From Octopus vulgaris (Eukaryota): a DNA stretch of 64,000 nucleotides. The notes beneath the pieces are model-generated. The model made no database searches, had not been told where the DNA came from, and saw only the letters and a list, made by a program, of their open reading frames with translations. The translations under genes and the position numbers were made by a program. The DNA lies in the NCBI GenBank assembly GCA_951406725.2, contig OX597819.1, positions 128,836,001-128,900,000 on the forward strand. Direction: 5' to 3'. Positions 52,839-64,000 of this stretch are shown here, piece after piece. Numbering within the stretch: position 1 is the first letter of the stretch; each line of letters starts with the position of its first letter.

Positions 52839-53143
52839 TATGTATATAGATAAAACAGGAGACAATATTCTTTCTGTTGCCTGTTTCATTTCTCTATTTC
52901 TTTATTTCGTTGTTCGAAAAAAAAAGTTCGTTTTCCACTCGTTTCTCATTTTTTGTTCACGTTTTTTTTTACTTACCCATAGGCACAGGAGTGGCTGTGT
53001 GGTAAGTAGCTTGCTTACCAACCACAAGGTTCCGGGTTCAGTCCCACTGCGTGGCATCTTGGTCAAGTGTCTTCTACTATAGCCTCTGGCCGACCAAATC
53101 CTTGTGAGCGGATTTGGTAGAGGGAAACTGAAAGAAGCCCGTC

Positions 53144-53190
<47 letters not shown>

Positions 53191-53938
53191 TGTGTGTGTT
53201 TGTGTTTGTCCCCCTAGCATTGCTTGACAACCGATGCTGGTGTGTTTACGTCCCCGTCACTTAGCGGTTCGGCAAAAGAGACCGATAGAATAAGTACTGG
53301 GCTTACTAAAGAATAAGTCCCGGGGTCGAGTTGCTCGATTAAAGGTGGTGCTCCAGCATGGCCGCAGTCAAATGACTGAAACAAGTAAAAGAGTAAAAGA
53401 GTAAGAATATGTATGCATGTATATATACATATGTAGGTTGGTGTAGGTCCACTTCTGTTTTATAAAATAGTAAATCAATATTCTTGTCGATTCAAAAGAC
53501 GACAACCCGTCTGCAAAGCAATAATCTTGTATACGTAAGAAACGACTGAAGGTGATCGATAAAGTGTAAAAACAAACCTAAAAGAGTGGAGGTGGTAGGG
53601 GGGTATTCTATGGGGTCATTCGACCTTCTAGAACTAGCAGCTATATTACCCTCTTATCATACACGACACTCTTTAAAAAGGACGAATACATTGGACAATG
53701 AAGTCTTAGATGTATAAAAAGTTGATATGGTCATCACTGGAGCGGCTTCGATCATAGGCCTGCTCATTTTTTGTTGACCAGGGGTTAAACATGAACTATA
53801 ACTGCAATTAATTATAACTTTATTTCAACTTTGCCTGAACTGTAATACCTAAAGGCTGTAACAAACATCATGATTAAAGCGTATTTTATTTATTTGTGAA
53901 TAATGATTTTTTTTCTATGTATTTTATTTAAACGTTAG

Positions 53939-54065
53939 ATTTACTTGTGAAATGGAAGACAGCGAACTGATAACAATTGAAGATCGCACGGTGCAGTTTC
54001 ACGTCAATGACCTAGCTATGAAGTATCTCAAGTCAGTGTGGATTGGACTTCGCTATATAGAAGAC
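53939..54065 (+). CDS. C-type lectin exon e (CTLD2, WIGL motif)
   Basis: Acceptor aacgttAG, donor GAC|GTAAGA, phase 2 to 0. Encodes (Q)FTCEMEDSELITIEDRTVQFHVNDLAMKYLKSVWIGLRYIED, continuing W.NAQ..C from exon d across a 28.8-kb intron. Confidence 0.92.
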
Positions 54066-56945
54066 GTAAGAAATTAATTTATTTATAGCTGGTTCTGAAA
54101 GCTGGGTTTTGTGAGCTCACAAGGAGTTGCAAATGTCAAGAGAGCGCTATGGGAGTGCTAGGTATTTAGAGCGGGCAGAAACGTTAGCACGCCGGGCGAA
54201 ATGCGTAGCTGTATTTCGTCTGCTGTTACGTTCTGAGTTCAAATTCCGCCGAGGTCGACTTTGCCTTTCATCCTTTCGGGGTCGATAAATTAAGTACCAG
54301 TTACCCACTGGTGTCGATGTAATCGACTTAATACCTATGTCTGTCCTTGTTTGTCCCCTCTATGTTTAGCCCCTTGTGGGTAATAAAGAAACATATATTT
54401 AGTGTTGCCCCTCAGTGCTCAAATCCCACCTTAGCTCAACTTGGGTTTCATCTAGAATTCACTTTATCTTTCTGTCCTTTTCATAGAGACGAAATAGAGG
54501 CTATATATTGAAAACGATTCAATAAAATTCACACTTTAGAACTCTACAAAACTGATTTTGTGATAATCAAAAGAAGTCAATTGAGTGGCACTCTCACTTC
54601 TTGCAGCTATGAAAAGTGTTTCTAATATTAGAGTATGTATTTTGTTTTTATTTTTGTTTTTATTCTTATAAATGTGTAGTCAGAATAAACGAAGATTACA
54701 TGTTTGAATTCGAGCCGAATGAAGGAACCTCAACACTGTTGTAAAACCTTCTGGGAACAGCTGTCAAATTTGCTCAAAAATACGTCCTTCTATCTCTAAA
54801 AAGAAGAACACATTCGACTATAAATACTCCAAAACGGTCAGGACTGACGGAAGGTCTTTAATAATAGATCAACTCTTATTAGGTCAGACCTGAGTTAAAC
54901 AACAGCAAAATGTTTTGGCTTTAAACACGATGCTGTATCAGCATAAGAAAAGAACTGGCGACCATTCGGCACCTGAATCAATTTAACTCTGTTTTTCGAA
55001 GGCGTCACTTGAGTTCCGTTGAAGCCATTAGTAACCAAGTCAAATGATGATGACAAGGGAAATAATGTGAAATTTCTCTACTTGCTGACACTCATTACAC
55101 ATATATGAGTGAGAAGTTAATTAATTAATTAGCCGTTTTATTCAATTGTTTAATTAGACATTTCAACTTCTATGCAGTGTGCAGATCTGCTGAAGGTATA
55201 ATTAAGTTACTGTGAGTGGGCAACATGCCGTTCGGACATTGTTGCGTGTCTTAATATAAATTTGAAAATAATAATTGTTCATGATGTGAATTTGATGGAT
55301 GCCAGAATTGGTAGGCCGTGGGACAAAATGTCTTGTGGCGTTATAATTACGTCCTTTTGCAAACAGCTTAATTGATGAATGTATGTATGAATGCATGTAT
55401 GTATTAATACGTGCATGCATGTACAAATGCGAGTACATATGTATGTGTTTAGTCGGCTATACCGGCATGAAAACCGATAAACCAATGCCATTGAAATAAA
55501 ATACTAGGCAGTGTTATGCAGACACTCTCAGATACTCCCTTGTCATTCTCGTTAATAGAAATACAGTGAACCAGTGATTGGTCCCCACTAGACACTTATA
55601 ATCAACAACTTTTCACAAAAAAGGAGAAAATGCGATCAAAATTAAATAAGTTTCCCCAAGATCAATTTTGTTTATTTCATCATTGCAAAATCGATAAAAT
55701 AAGTACTAAAAATAGCTCGATGGGGTATTTTGCCATTTTGCCAATATTAGAAAGCAACCATTATTGATGTTGAGCAATGTGGAGCAATTGTTACACTGAC
55801 AGTGAGTTAAGATCGCTACACACCAGTGCTACAGTTTCACTCATCGTTTGGAGCCATTTCACTTTACTTACTCCACAAGATGCTCTTGAGAAAACAATTA
55901 AGGCCTTTCATCCTGTATTTCTTTTAAAATGCTGGGTCTTTGTGCTTCGTGGAAGACGAAACATAATTTATTTATAAAAACATACTTAACAGAATTCAGA
56001 GTGAGGATTAAGAGTTGTTGCCTTGTCCCACATAAGTGCTTGTGGAGTGGATCTATGATCAAAGGCGTTACAGATATGACTATTCCCATCTTTCTTCAGA
56101 AACAGTATATCTACGACTAGATTATTCACTATATATTATCTTTTTATATGATGATATGGCGTAATTTGATAGAAATTTGGCTGCTATTTCTAGCGAGTCG
56201 ATCGACTACATAAATATTCACTCGCTTGCGCGTGCAGATTTAGTGAGATATAGCATAGTGATGTATATTAGCTTTTGTCACATATGAGAAGGATTTATAC
56301 CGAACATCGACTCAAATTTCAAGCTGTGGCGCATTCATTATTTCAATCACTAAACTATTGCAGGTAGCCTTCTCTGGATGTGCATTCTGCTTGTTCTCCA
56401 GATAGATGAATGGTGGCAATGTAAAATTAACTCACCTGTCCCAAAATTAAAATGGAATTGTTTTTTTTTGTTGTCATGACTTATTCAGAGGAGGAAAGGC
56501 AACATCTATAAGATTTTTGCACGTCCTCCAAGATTGCTGGGAAGAAGAGATGAAGTACCCGAGAGGTTGGGTCGAAATGCTTACAATAGAGTGTTTTCCG
56601 CTAAAGCCACCCAAGGACCAGGTGATGGCGTCAGATATGAAAACGGATTAGGATTATGAATTTATGTCCGTTTAATTGTTAGGGTGGTAGAAAGGATGGA
56701 TTGTGAAATTTGTTTCAGCCCTTTGAGTTCTAACTCGTTGGGTACTAGACTTCTTCCATCACCCAGTTAAACACCACCGCCAAGTCCAAGTCCATAGTTT
56801 CTTGTAGAGATCACGATATAGCAAGATTTCGGTCCTGGTCCCTGCTTCTGTTTTTTCCACCAATTTCGAAGGCCTGAATAATAAGAGATTATGAGTGCTG
56901 TGCTTCCTACTGTAAATAACCAGTAAAAAAGAAATCAACTAGTGT

Positions 56946-57266
56946 TTTTAAAATCATTTTCAATGAAATTTGGTTGCGCACGTTCACAGGTGGATGAAAA
57001 AGCTGAAAAACTAGATTAACAGTGTTTAATTTCTCTAATCCTGTCGGTTTTGGGTCTTCAATCTTCAATCTTTGTGAAATCTATCCACTTCATCCAACTC
57101 CTTCTTCTTATTTGCTGTTATCGTCAATTTCTTTGGCGATTTCGCTGAATCTAGTTTTTCAGCTTTTTCATCCACCTGTTTTTTCATCCACCAGCTTTTT
57201 CATCCACCTTTTTCATCCATCCTATGAACGTTCGCAACCAAATTTCATTGAAAACGATTTTTAAAA
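56946..57266. repeat. Long inverted repeat / foldback element
   Basis: TTTTAAAATCATTTTCAATGAAATTTGGTTGCG..GGATGAAAAAGCTGAAAAACTAGATT is mirrored at 57146-57266, with internal TTTTTCATCCACC repeats in the right arm. Confidence 0.8.
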
Positions 57267-57369
57267 TATTACAATATCATTTAGATTTTCGTTATCCATT
57301 TCATTGTTTAGACAATATTGTACATGTGTTTCAGCAGTATTATTTCTCTTACCATATTTTATATTCTAG

Positions 57370-57461
57370 GAAGACAAAGGAGCCTACGAATGGCAGTGGA
57401 CTAACGGTAAACAAGTGTCTATAAATTTTTGGAATGAAGGTCGGTTTCCATTCATTAAAGA
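57370..57461 (+). CDS. C-type lectin exon f (CTLD2)
   Basis: Acceptor tattctAG, phase 0. Encodes EDKGAYEWQWTNGKQVSINFWNEGRFPFIK. Donor GA|GTGAGT at 57462 gives the phase 2 required by exon g; the nearer donor G|GTCGGT at 57440 would be out of frame. Confidence 0.85.
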
Positions 57462-57829
57462 GTGAGTAGCATTGAATCTTTTTACTTATTGTAATTGTTG
57501 ATGGTGTTATTGATTTTGCCCCGCGTTAGCCCTGACTGCAAGGACGACTTACTTTGAAAAGCATTACAGTTCCAAGCTATTTGAAGATTTCTAGAAGTAT
57601 ACCATCTAATGTGTTACCTTTTAAATGATTTTAGCGTGCAGGTAGAGTGGGTGGGCAACCGACCTGAGCCTCTCTTATAAAATGGTTCATTTGTTTATTT
57701 AAACAGAGTAAAAAAAGAATCTGATTGAGGAAAAAATAATAAAGACGTATCGAGTGCTGATCATGTATCAGTACTTTCGTTAGAAATATTTAGATGAATT
57801 AAAGTGGTTAGTCTCAGTATCTGTCGAAT

Positions 57830-58390
57830 TGTTTGGACATAACTTGATGTTTAGGAAATCTCTTTCTAACCTGGCAAAGTAGGGAGGGGCTCCGTCTTGT
57901 TGAAAAACATTAGAAAGATCACTCCACGTCTGAAGTTGCGGCACAGCAAACTCCAGGTAAGTTTCTCCTATAACGGTGGTCCAATGCATCATAGAAGAAA
58001 AATTGTCCACTCAGCCCAGTGCTAGACATGACACACCATACCACCAGCTTTTGAGAAGTAAAGGTGGTAGCAACAGGCCTTCTGCTGCGTGGTTTGTCAA
58101 GAACAGATCCTGTCTCGAGAAACTTTCAATGGATAACATAAATTGTGCTACGCGTTGGAACAGTGTGGCGGCCATAAACCTTCTCAAACTTGCGCTGAAC
58201 TGCAGCAGGGGACTGAAAAACTTCTGGCCAGGAGGCAATTTTGCAACGCTGCTCTAATGTCAATTGACGAGTCATGGGCAAGTCATGGGCGAGCCAAAGG
58301 TGTGAAATGCTGATGATCTCACGTCTCTCCGAATGATAGCTGGAACGAAATAGAAAAAAGAAAGTGTATACTGACTTTTGAGACACTCTG
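57830..58390 (-). mobile_element. Tc1/mariner transposon relic (left TIR plus internally deleted transposase)
   Basis: TA|CAGAGTGTCTCAAAAGTC TIR. N-terminal HTH MTRQLTLEQRCKI..SPAAVQRKF..PTRSTIYVIH*KFLETGSVLDKPRSRRP and catalytic fragment GETYLEFAVPQL..FQQDGAPPYFA. Confidence 0.88.
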
Positions 58391-58409
58391 TATATATATA
58401 TATATATAT

Positions 58410-58667
58410 GTAGCCTGTAGAGGGAATCCTTCATCGAGGAACGGTGCTTACCATACGTTGATAAGAGGCAATGACCTCGAAACCGGTCCGTATGTAGTAT
58501 TCGTATCTTCGAGGGAGGATGATCTCCCTTTACAGGCTAACAAGGACACCGATATGGTGTCGGTCCTTCTGGTGACGTCGATGATCGACTGGGGCTAAAA
58601 GCATCAGTAACACCCCCACCACCCCGCCCTGTCCCTAGCCACATTCAGTTGGCTGATCCTCCTTACG

Positions 58668-58668
<1 letters not shown>
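58410..58668 (+). mobile_element. ~260-bp structured non-coding element inserted in (TA)n, carrying the hammerhead (retrozyme or Penelope-pLTR-like)
   Basis: Flanked by (TA)n on both sides and GC-richer than its surroundings. Long hairpin 58411-58539 with further small hairpins downstream. Confidence 0.7.
58452..58494 (+). ncRNA. Minimal type I hammerhead ribozyme with U3-A8 variant core
   Basis: CATACG (58452-57), TTGATAA, GAGG caatga CCTC, GAAA, CCGG, TC, CGTATG (58489-94). Perfect stems I and II, palindromic ACCGGT stem III, GUC triplet with predicted cleavage after 58488. Confidence 0.82.
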
Positions 58669-58724
<56 letters not shown>

Positions 58725-58727
<3 letters not shown>

Positions 58728-59100
58728 ATGTTTGTTGCCGCTTTGATATGGCTGTTCTATGCAAAGCAATGTTACACATTTTAACCCCAGGAAAACATCA
58801 TTTCCAACTGGTTAACGACACAACCTGTGTCTTTTATATTGCGAGTAAGTGAGCAAACCACTCCCCGTCAAGCGTAACAAGACCAGCAGACCAGCTGGTT
58901 TCTGGGTGTGTTCTCGTCCTCAGTACTGAAAGCCTACCTGCTGGAGATGGCAGCTATCCGTTTCTACTCGCGATATATAAACAAAGAAGCGACAATCAGC
59001 CGCTGATCTCACAACAAGCTAATGTAGCTGGTTTCCTGGGGTTAAAATGTAGTAACATTGTTCTGCAAGGAAGAACCATGTGAAAGTGACAACAAATGTG
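58725..59100. repeat. Diverged inverted-repeat element (MITE-like)
   Basis: CAATGTTACACATTTTAACCCCAGGAAA is mirrored by TTTCCTGGGGTTAAAATGTAGTAACATTG, with weaker pairing extending outward. Confidence 0.7.
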
Positions 59101-59141
59101 GCCAACATACTATAATTTTTCTTTTGTTTTTTGCTTTCTTT

Positions 59142-59179
<38 letters not shown>

Positions 59180-59220
<41 letters not shown>

Positions 59221-59392
59221 GTTTAACGTCCGTTCTCCATGCTAGCATGGGTTGGACGGTTCGACCGGGGATCTGGGAAGCCAGAAGGCTGCACCAGGCT
59301 CCGGTCTTATCTGGCGATGTTTCTACAGCTGGATGCCCTTCCTAACGCCAACCACTCCGTGAGTGTAGTGGGTGCTTTTTACGTGCCACCTG
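59180..59392 (-). mobile_element. 3' portion of a SINE or non-autonomous retroposon with a V-domain-like motif and (ATG)n tail
   Basis: Minus strand GGTTGGCGTTAGGAAGGGCATCCAGCTGTAGAAAC ... GGACGTTAAACGATGATGATG. Short tandem tails of this kind are typical of RTE-mobilised elements. Confidence 0.7.
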
Positions 59393-61064
59393 CACGTAAT
59401 GTATATATACATATACACACATAAAATAGACTTTAATTGAAATAAAATTTCTCCAAAATTAAACATATCTAATATAATAAATGTGAATGACAGTGTATCA
59501 CACTTTTTCAACTTTAATACATCCTTTCTACTGGAAGCACAAGGCCTCATATTTTGGTGGAAGGGATTAAGTCGATTACATCAAATCCCAGTACGTAACT
59601 GGTACTAATCTTATTGACTCCTGAAAGGATGAAGGGCAAAGTCGACCTCGGCGGAATTTGAACTCAGAACGTAACAGTAGACGAAATACTGCTAAACATT
59701 TCGCCCGGCGTGCTAACGATTACGCCAGCTCGCCGCCTTACTACAATAATTTTTATAATCTAAAAGGCCAACTCTGTGAGTAAATTAAAAACATTCTGGG
59801 CTGAATCCGGACCTGCAATCCTGAAAATTTTGGATTCCTATGTTTTCGTCTCTGCGACTGTTTTCGGCGATTTTTTTACATGATTTTTTTTGCGACAAAC
59901 ATGGTCATCATTGATTGGGATATAGAAGAAACAGCTGCAACCAATTCTCCAAAACAAGTCAGAGATCTTCCCATTCGGGGTCAGCTGCTTAAAAGCTATA
60001 TACTAGTTTAAAAGACGGCCTATCGGACGGTTTTTAAGTTAATAACAAATAAATGTGTCAGTAGGTCAAATGGACGGCAAACACCTGCGTTCTGTTATTT
60101 CACGCACAAGCCAATTAGTTGGTGGGATTCATTGTGCGTCGGACAAAAATATGTTGAAGTATTTGTTCAGGCATTTTAGGTTCTAAGTTCAAATCCCACA
60201 TGTAAAGCACATGTAAAGTCTATTTAATCAACTTAACCCTCTCCTAAATTTGTGACCTTGTACCTACTTATGTTACCTATTATTCGGAATGTGTATTGGC
60301 TGAATCATTTGAGAGTCAGAAAAAAAAAATACCTTAGGATATATTTTCTGGTTCTTTATGTTTTGAATTCAAATTTTGCCGCTCAACTTCGACTTTCATA
60401 CTTTGGGATTCAATAAGATATATTCACAATCACTCCAGAGGTCGGTGTGATTTCTGGCATTGTTCCAATATTAAAAGCTACCATTTCTCTAACCTAAAGT
60501 CAATCGATGACAGAATCTACTCAGGGACGAAAATAATATCTTGTGGCATTTAGTTACTTCACTTTACGTTCAGAGTTCAATTCAACCACTGAATTTTTAA
60601 AAGATCTTCCAGATTTTTATTGTCTTCTGAATCTTGATCATTCATAGCACATTGGATGTAGAACTCCATTTTCTTCCGAAAATCTTAATTCAATCATACT
60701 TGAACCAGGTAAGTTGGTATATATTTTTCTGAGATGGTAAAAAATAAGTTTCCGACGAATGATGATGGCAACTGATTATTGCCATCACCACTCTCCAAAT
60801 CTGTTTCCTTCAGCCAAAATTAGAAAGAATTATTTCACTACATAAGACCAAAATGTAACAGTCTTTCTTCGAAAATCCTTCTGCTACAGGACTGAAATCC
60901 CGTCTCATTGTATTCCTTCATATGCTTCTGTTTTCTCTTTCGTTATTGTAAAGCTTACATCAAACAAATCTCTACGTCACTTGAATGAATATTTACAGTT
61001 TCAGAATATTCAAGAACTGCTTTATTTTTTCTTCATTTTTTCTCTCATTATTATAAATATACAG

Positions 61065-61177
61065 ACAAGTGAAGAACAACACCTGTGCCTTTGCCGACCC
61101 ATATATTAAGACTGTCAACATATGGTTGTCAGGAGAGTGTCACTCACTGAAGCCATTCATGTGCCAGAAGAAAACGG
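61065..61177 (+). CDS. C-type lectin exon g (end of CTLD2)
   Basis: Acceptor atatacAG after a pyrimidine tract, donor G|GTAGGT, phase 2 to 1. Encodes (E)QVKNNTCAFADPYIKTVNIWLSGECHSLKPFMCQKKT. The gene continues downstream. Confidence 0.9.
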
Positions 61178-61350
61178 GTAGGTGTGTTTACATTACACCA
61201 GGGAAGACATGAAAACGATAAACAAAATTATGCACATTTTTATTAGTATCAGTATATACAAATAAGTTATACATTAGCATATCTGCAATATAATATCAAT
61301 TATATTGCAGATATGCTATAGTAGTATATAACAGTATATATATATATATA

Positions 61351-61746
61351 TCTTTATATATAAAAGTGAAGTTGTGTGTCTGTCCCCTTCGATTTAGATT
61401 CCTAACTACTCCCACATTTTGCGGGGCAGTTTAACCAAAACCGGGTATCTTATAGTCGTGATTCATATCGAGCCCTTCTGGGTATTAGCGCGCGTCTACG
61501 ATGAGTCTACGATTTAAAAAAAATTTACCATCATTTTTTTCCATTTTAATGCATTTTTCGCTATTATATAAGGGAAGTAACTCTCTAAAAATGTCTACGA
61601 TGAGTCAACGATTTTAAAAAAAATTTACCATAATTTTTTTTCCATTTTTAATGCATTTATTTGCTATTTTTTGGCTATAACTCTCTAAAAATGCTTATAT
61701 AGTTATTTCCCTTACAAACCCGATCAACGCCGGGCGATACTGCTAG
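61351..61746 (+). mobile_element. Non-autonomous Helitron
   Basis: A|TCTTTATATATAAAA ... CCCGATCAACGCCGGGCGATACTGCTAG|T. The 5' half matches 51585-51820 and the 3' end matches the 37272 element. Confidence 0.88.
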
Positions 61747-62111
61747 TATATATATATATATATAAATATATCATAAGAAATACTCAGTAATATGGTGTTA
61801 TATAGCGAGGGGTTGGCGTTCACGCGTTCTACAAAATGTTTAATAGTTTTTTTATTATTTTTATTTTTTAGCTCTTTACGTCCTCTGCTCAAATCCCACA
61901 GAGGTAACCTTGCTTTTCATCCTTTCGGGCGGATAAGATAAATTATCAGTCTCATGCCGAATTATTTTCCATGGGCCAAAATTTAAAACCATTATATTAT
62001 ACTATATAATATATATGATATACATGCATACAGATACGTATAAAAGTGATATATATATATATAGATAGATAGATATATATTAATAAAAGGGAATCACCCC
62101 CCCCCCCCCCC

Positions 62112-62148
<37 letters not shown>

Positions 62149-62348
62149 AGGGCAAGCAACAGGTTGCTTAGCCACACACCGAAAAATTAGAAATAGCAGT
62201 CAAAGACCGCTTATTTCTATTTTCTACAAATATAACTCCACATACAACATATACATACAATGGTTATATTTCCATACCGAAATCTACCCGGAAATAATTG
62301 TTGGTTTTTTAAAATTAATAATTATTTACCCTTATATTATTAATAATG

Positions 62349-62419
<71 letters not shown>

Positions 62420-62961
62420 CACATGTGTATATGTATTACGGTATAGACCAGGCTATTGAATGTTATTATACACTGCTGGTTACAATGCGCTCTGGCATTG
62501 TTTTAACTTTCGAATGATTCCACCCCGCTGGTGCCACTCTTTCTTCGAGTGCTAAACTGTTATCTTATCAAATCTTTCGCGTTCTGATTTTATTCTTAAG
62601 ACCCTTTGTTAAGGAAACGTTCTGACAAATTAAGGCTATCTAAACACATTCTTCCGTTTTCTCTCGCCCAGTATCTGAGGCTCCACAAAATGTAACGTGT
62701 GCTACTATCCTTCAGCTTCAAGTCTTAGCAACACATTCTCACATACAGACAGACGCGCGTGCGCACATACACACACACACACACATGCACTATGTGTTTG
62801 TGTGTGTGTGTGCCTGCGCGAGTGTGTGTAGGTGCAAGCTTGGCTATGTCGTAACGACATACCTCAAAGTTCAGTCCCACTGCAAAGCTCCTTGGGCAAC
62901 TGTCTTCTACTATAGGCTCGGGCCTTGTGAGTGGATTTGGTACTTGAAAAACAGAAAGAAG

Positions 62962-63009
<48 letters not shown>

Positions 63010-63358
63010 ATGCTTGACCACTAAATCCACAAGTTTGTTTTTCATTCTCTCTCTCTGTTTATTTTCTCTTATTCATTTCAGTTGAACAGCATAGGCCCGA
63101 AACGTAAAGGACTTTTCAATTTTCTCAAGCGTCAAACTAATACACCTGCTTGTTGTTCATACACCTACCGAAAGATTATGTCTGGGGTTCCTCACAGATG
63201 GCGTCACTGAACAAACATAAAATTTTCTCACCTATTTACCATAAGAAAGATAACTGCAGTGATTTAGCCTTTTGGCAGTTGAAATATGTCACAAACCTTT
63301 TAACTCATCTAAATTTTTCACATGTGCGCGCGCGCGTGTGTATATATAGCTAGCTAGC

Positions 63359-63427
<69 letters not shown>

Positions 63428-64000
63428 GGAGAGAGAGAGAGAGAGAGGAGAGAGATTGAGACAGAAAGAGAGAAGGAGAGAAATTGGTGTAATATAGATA
63501 ACACACCGGTGTGCTCAAATGGACGTGAAGTTAAACTCCAACTTCTCCAGGGCCAGCACCTCGGCAAAGATGGTGACTATTACAGCAATCCTTATTGAGA
63601 TATTTTCCTCTGCTTCTTCTGAACCCCTGATCCCCTCTCTTTCCTTAAATATATATACAAATTATTGAGGAAGCGGTCGTATTGTTTCTAATGTGTTTGA
63701 TTTTGAGTTAGATTCAGATTTTCTGCAGTATATCATCTGATACTGAGAGATGGCCTTCAATGCTGCGGGTTTGTCTCAGCTCACAATAGTCACATACAGT
63801 TTCTAAAGAGAAATATAAAGGAATAGTTTACCAAAGTTACTCCAAGCACATTTAAATTCAGCTCAACACTTTTAAAATATAAACAATCATTATTTCTCTA
63901 TTTCTGCAACGATTTAAGTTCGCGCAGATCCAGTCATATGAAAATAGTATCACCATTTTCCTATTATAACAGCTTGTTAAGAGTTAAATGCCTTGGTAAC

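Noticed and set aside
60613-60714. Strong donor CAG|GTAAGT at 60709 as a possible extra lectin exon
   Set aside because: The upstream AGs tested (60612, 60647, 60661) give a stop or the wrong phase from the phase-1 donor at 57440, and exons f and g already join in frame without an extra exon.

Overview
AT-rich, microsatellite-dense animal genomic DNA. The repeat families (tRNA-headed SINEs with Deu/Nin-, CORE-, Meta- and V-like domains, Helitrons, (TA)n/(CA)n/(TACA)n arrays) resemble those I recall from octopus genomes; this assignment is inference. Almost the whole window lies inside one + strand gene, a multi-domain C-type lectin (mannose-receptor-like). Seven GT-AG exons (855 nt, about 285 codons, phases consistent) encode an EPN-type CTLD and a second, degenerate CTLD. 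No start or stop codon was found in the window. The introns hold SINEs, decayed LINEs (CR1-group, R4/Dong), a Tc1/mariner relic, Helitrons and MITEs. Nearly all ORFs in the supplied track are microsatellite or SINE artefacts. The most notable signal is a set of at least five sequence-distinct small non-coding elements that each carry a minimal type I hammerhead-ribozyme fold of the Penelope/retrozyme kind, mostly inserted in (TA)n. One has an apparently intact fold with a compensatory U3-A8 core on the sense strand of the host intron, and one is a tRNA-headed, hammerhead-tailed element folded back into a 450-bp palindrome. A SINE family also forms multimers with an invariant junction, which suggests a circular or tandem RNA template. 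All folds and family assignments were made by eye and need computational confirmation.
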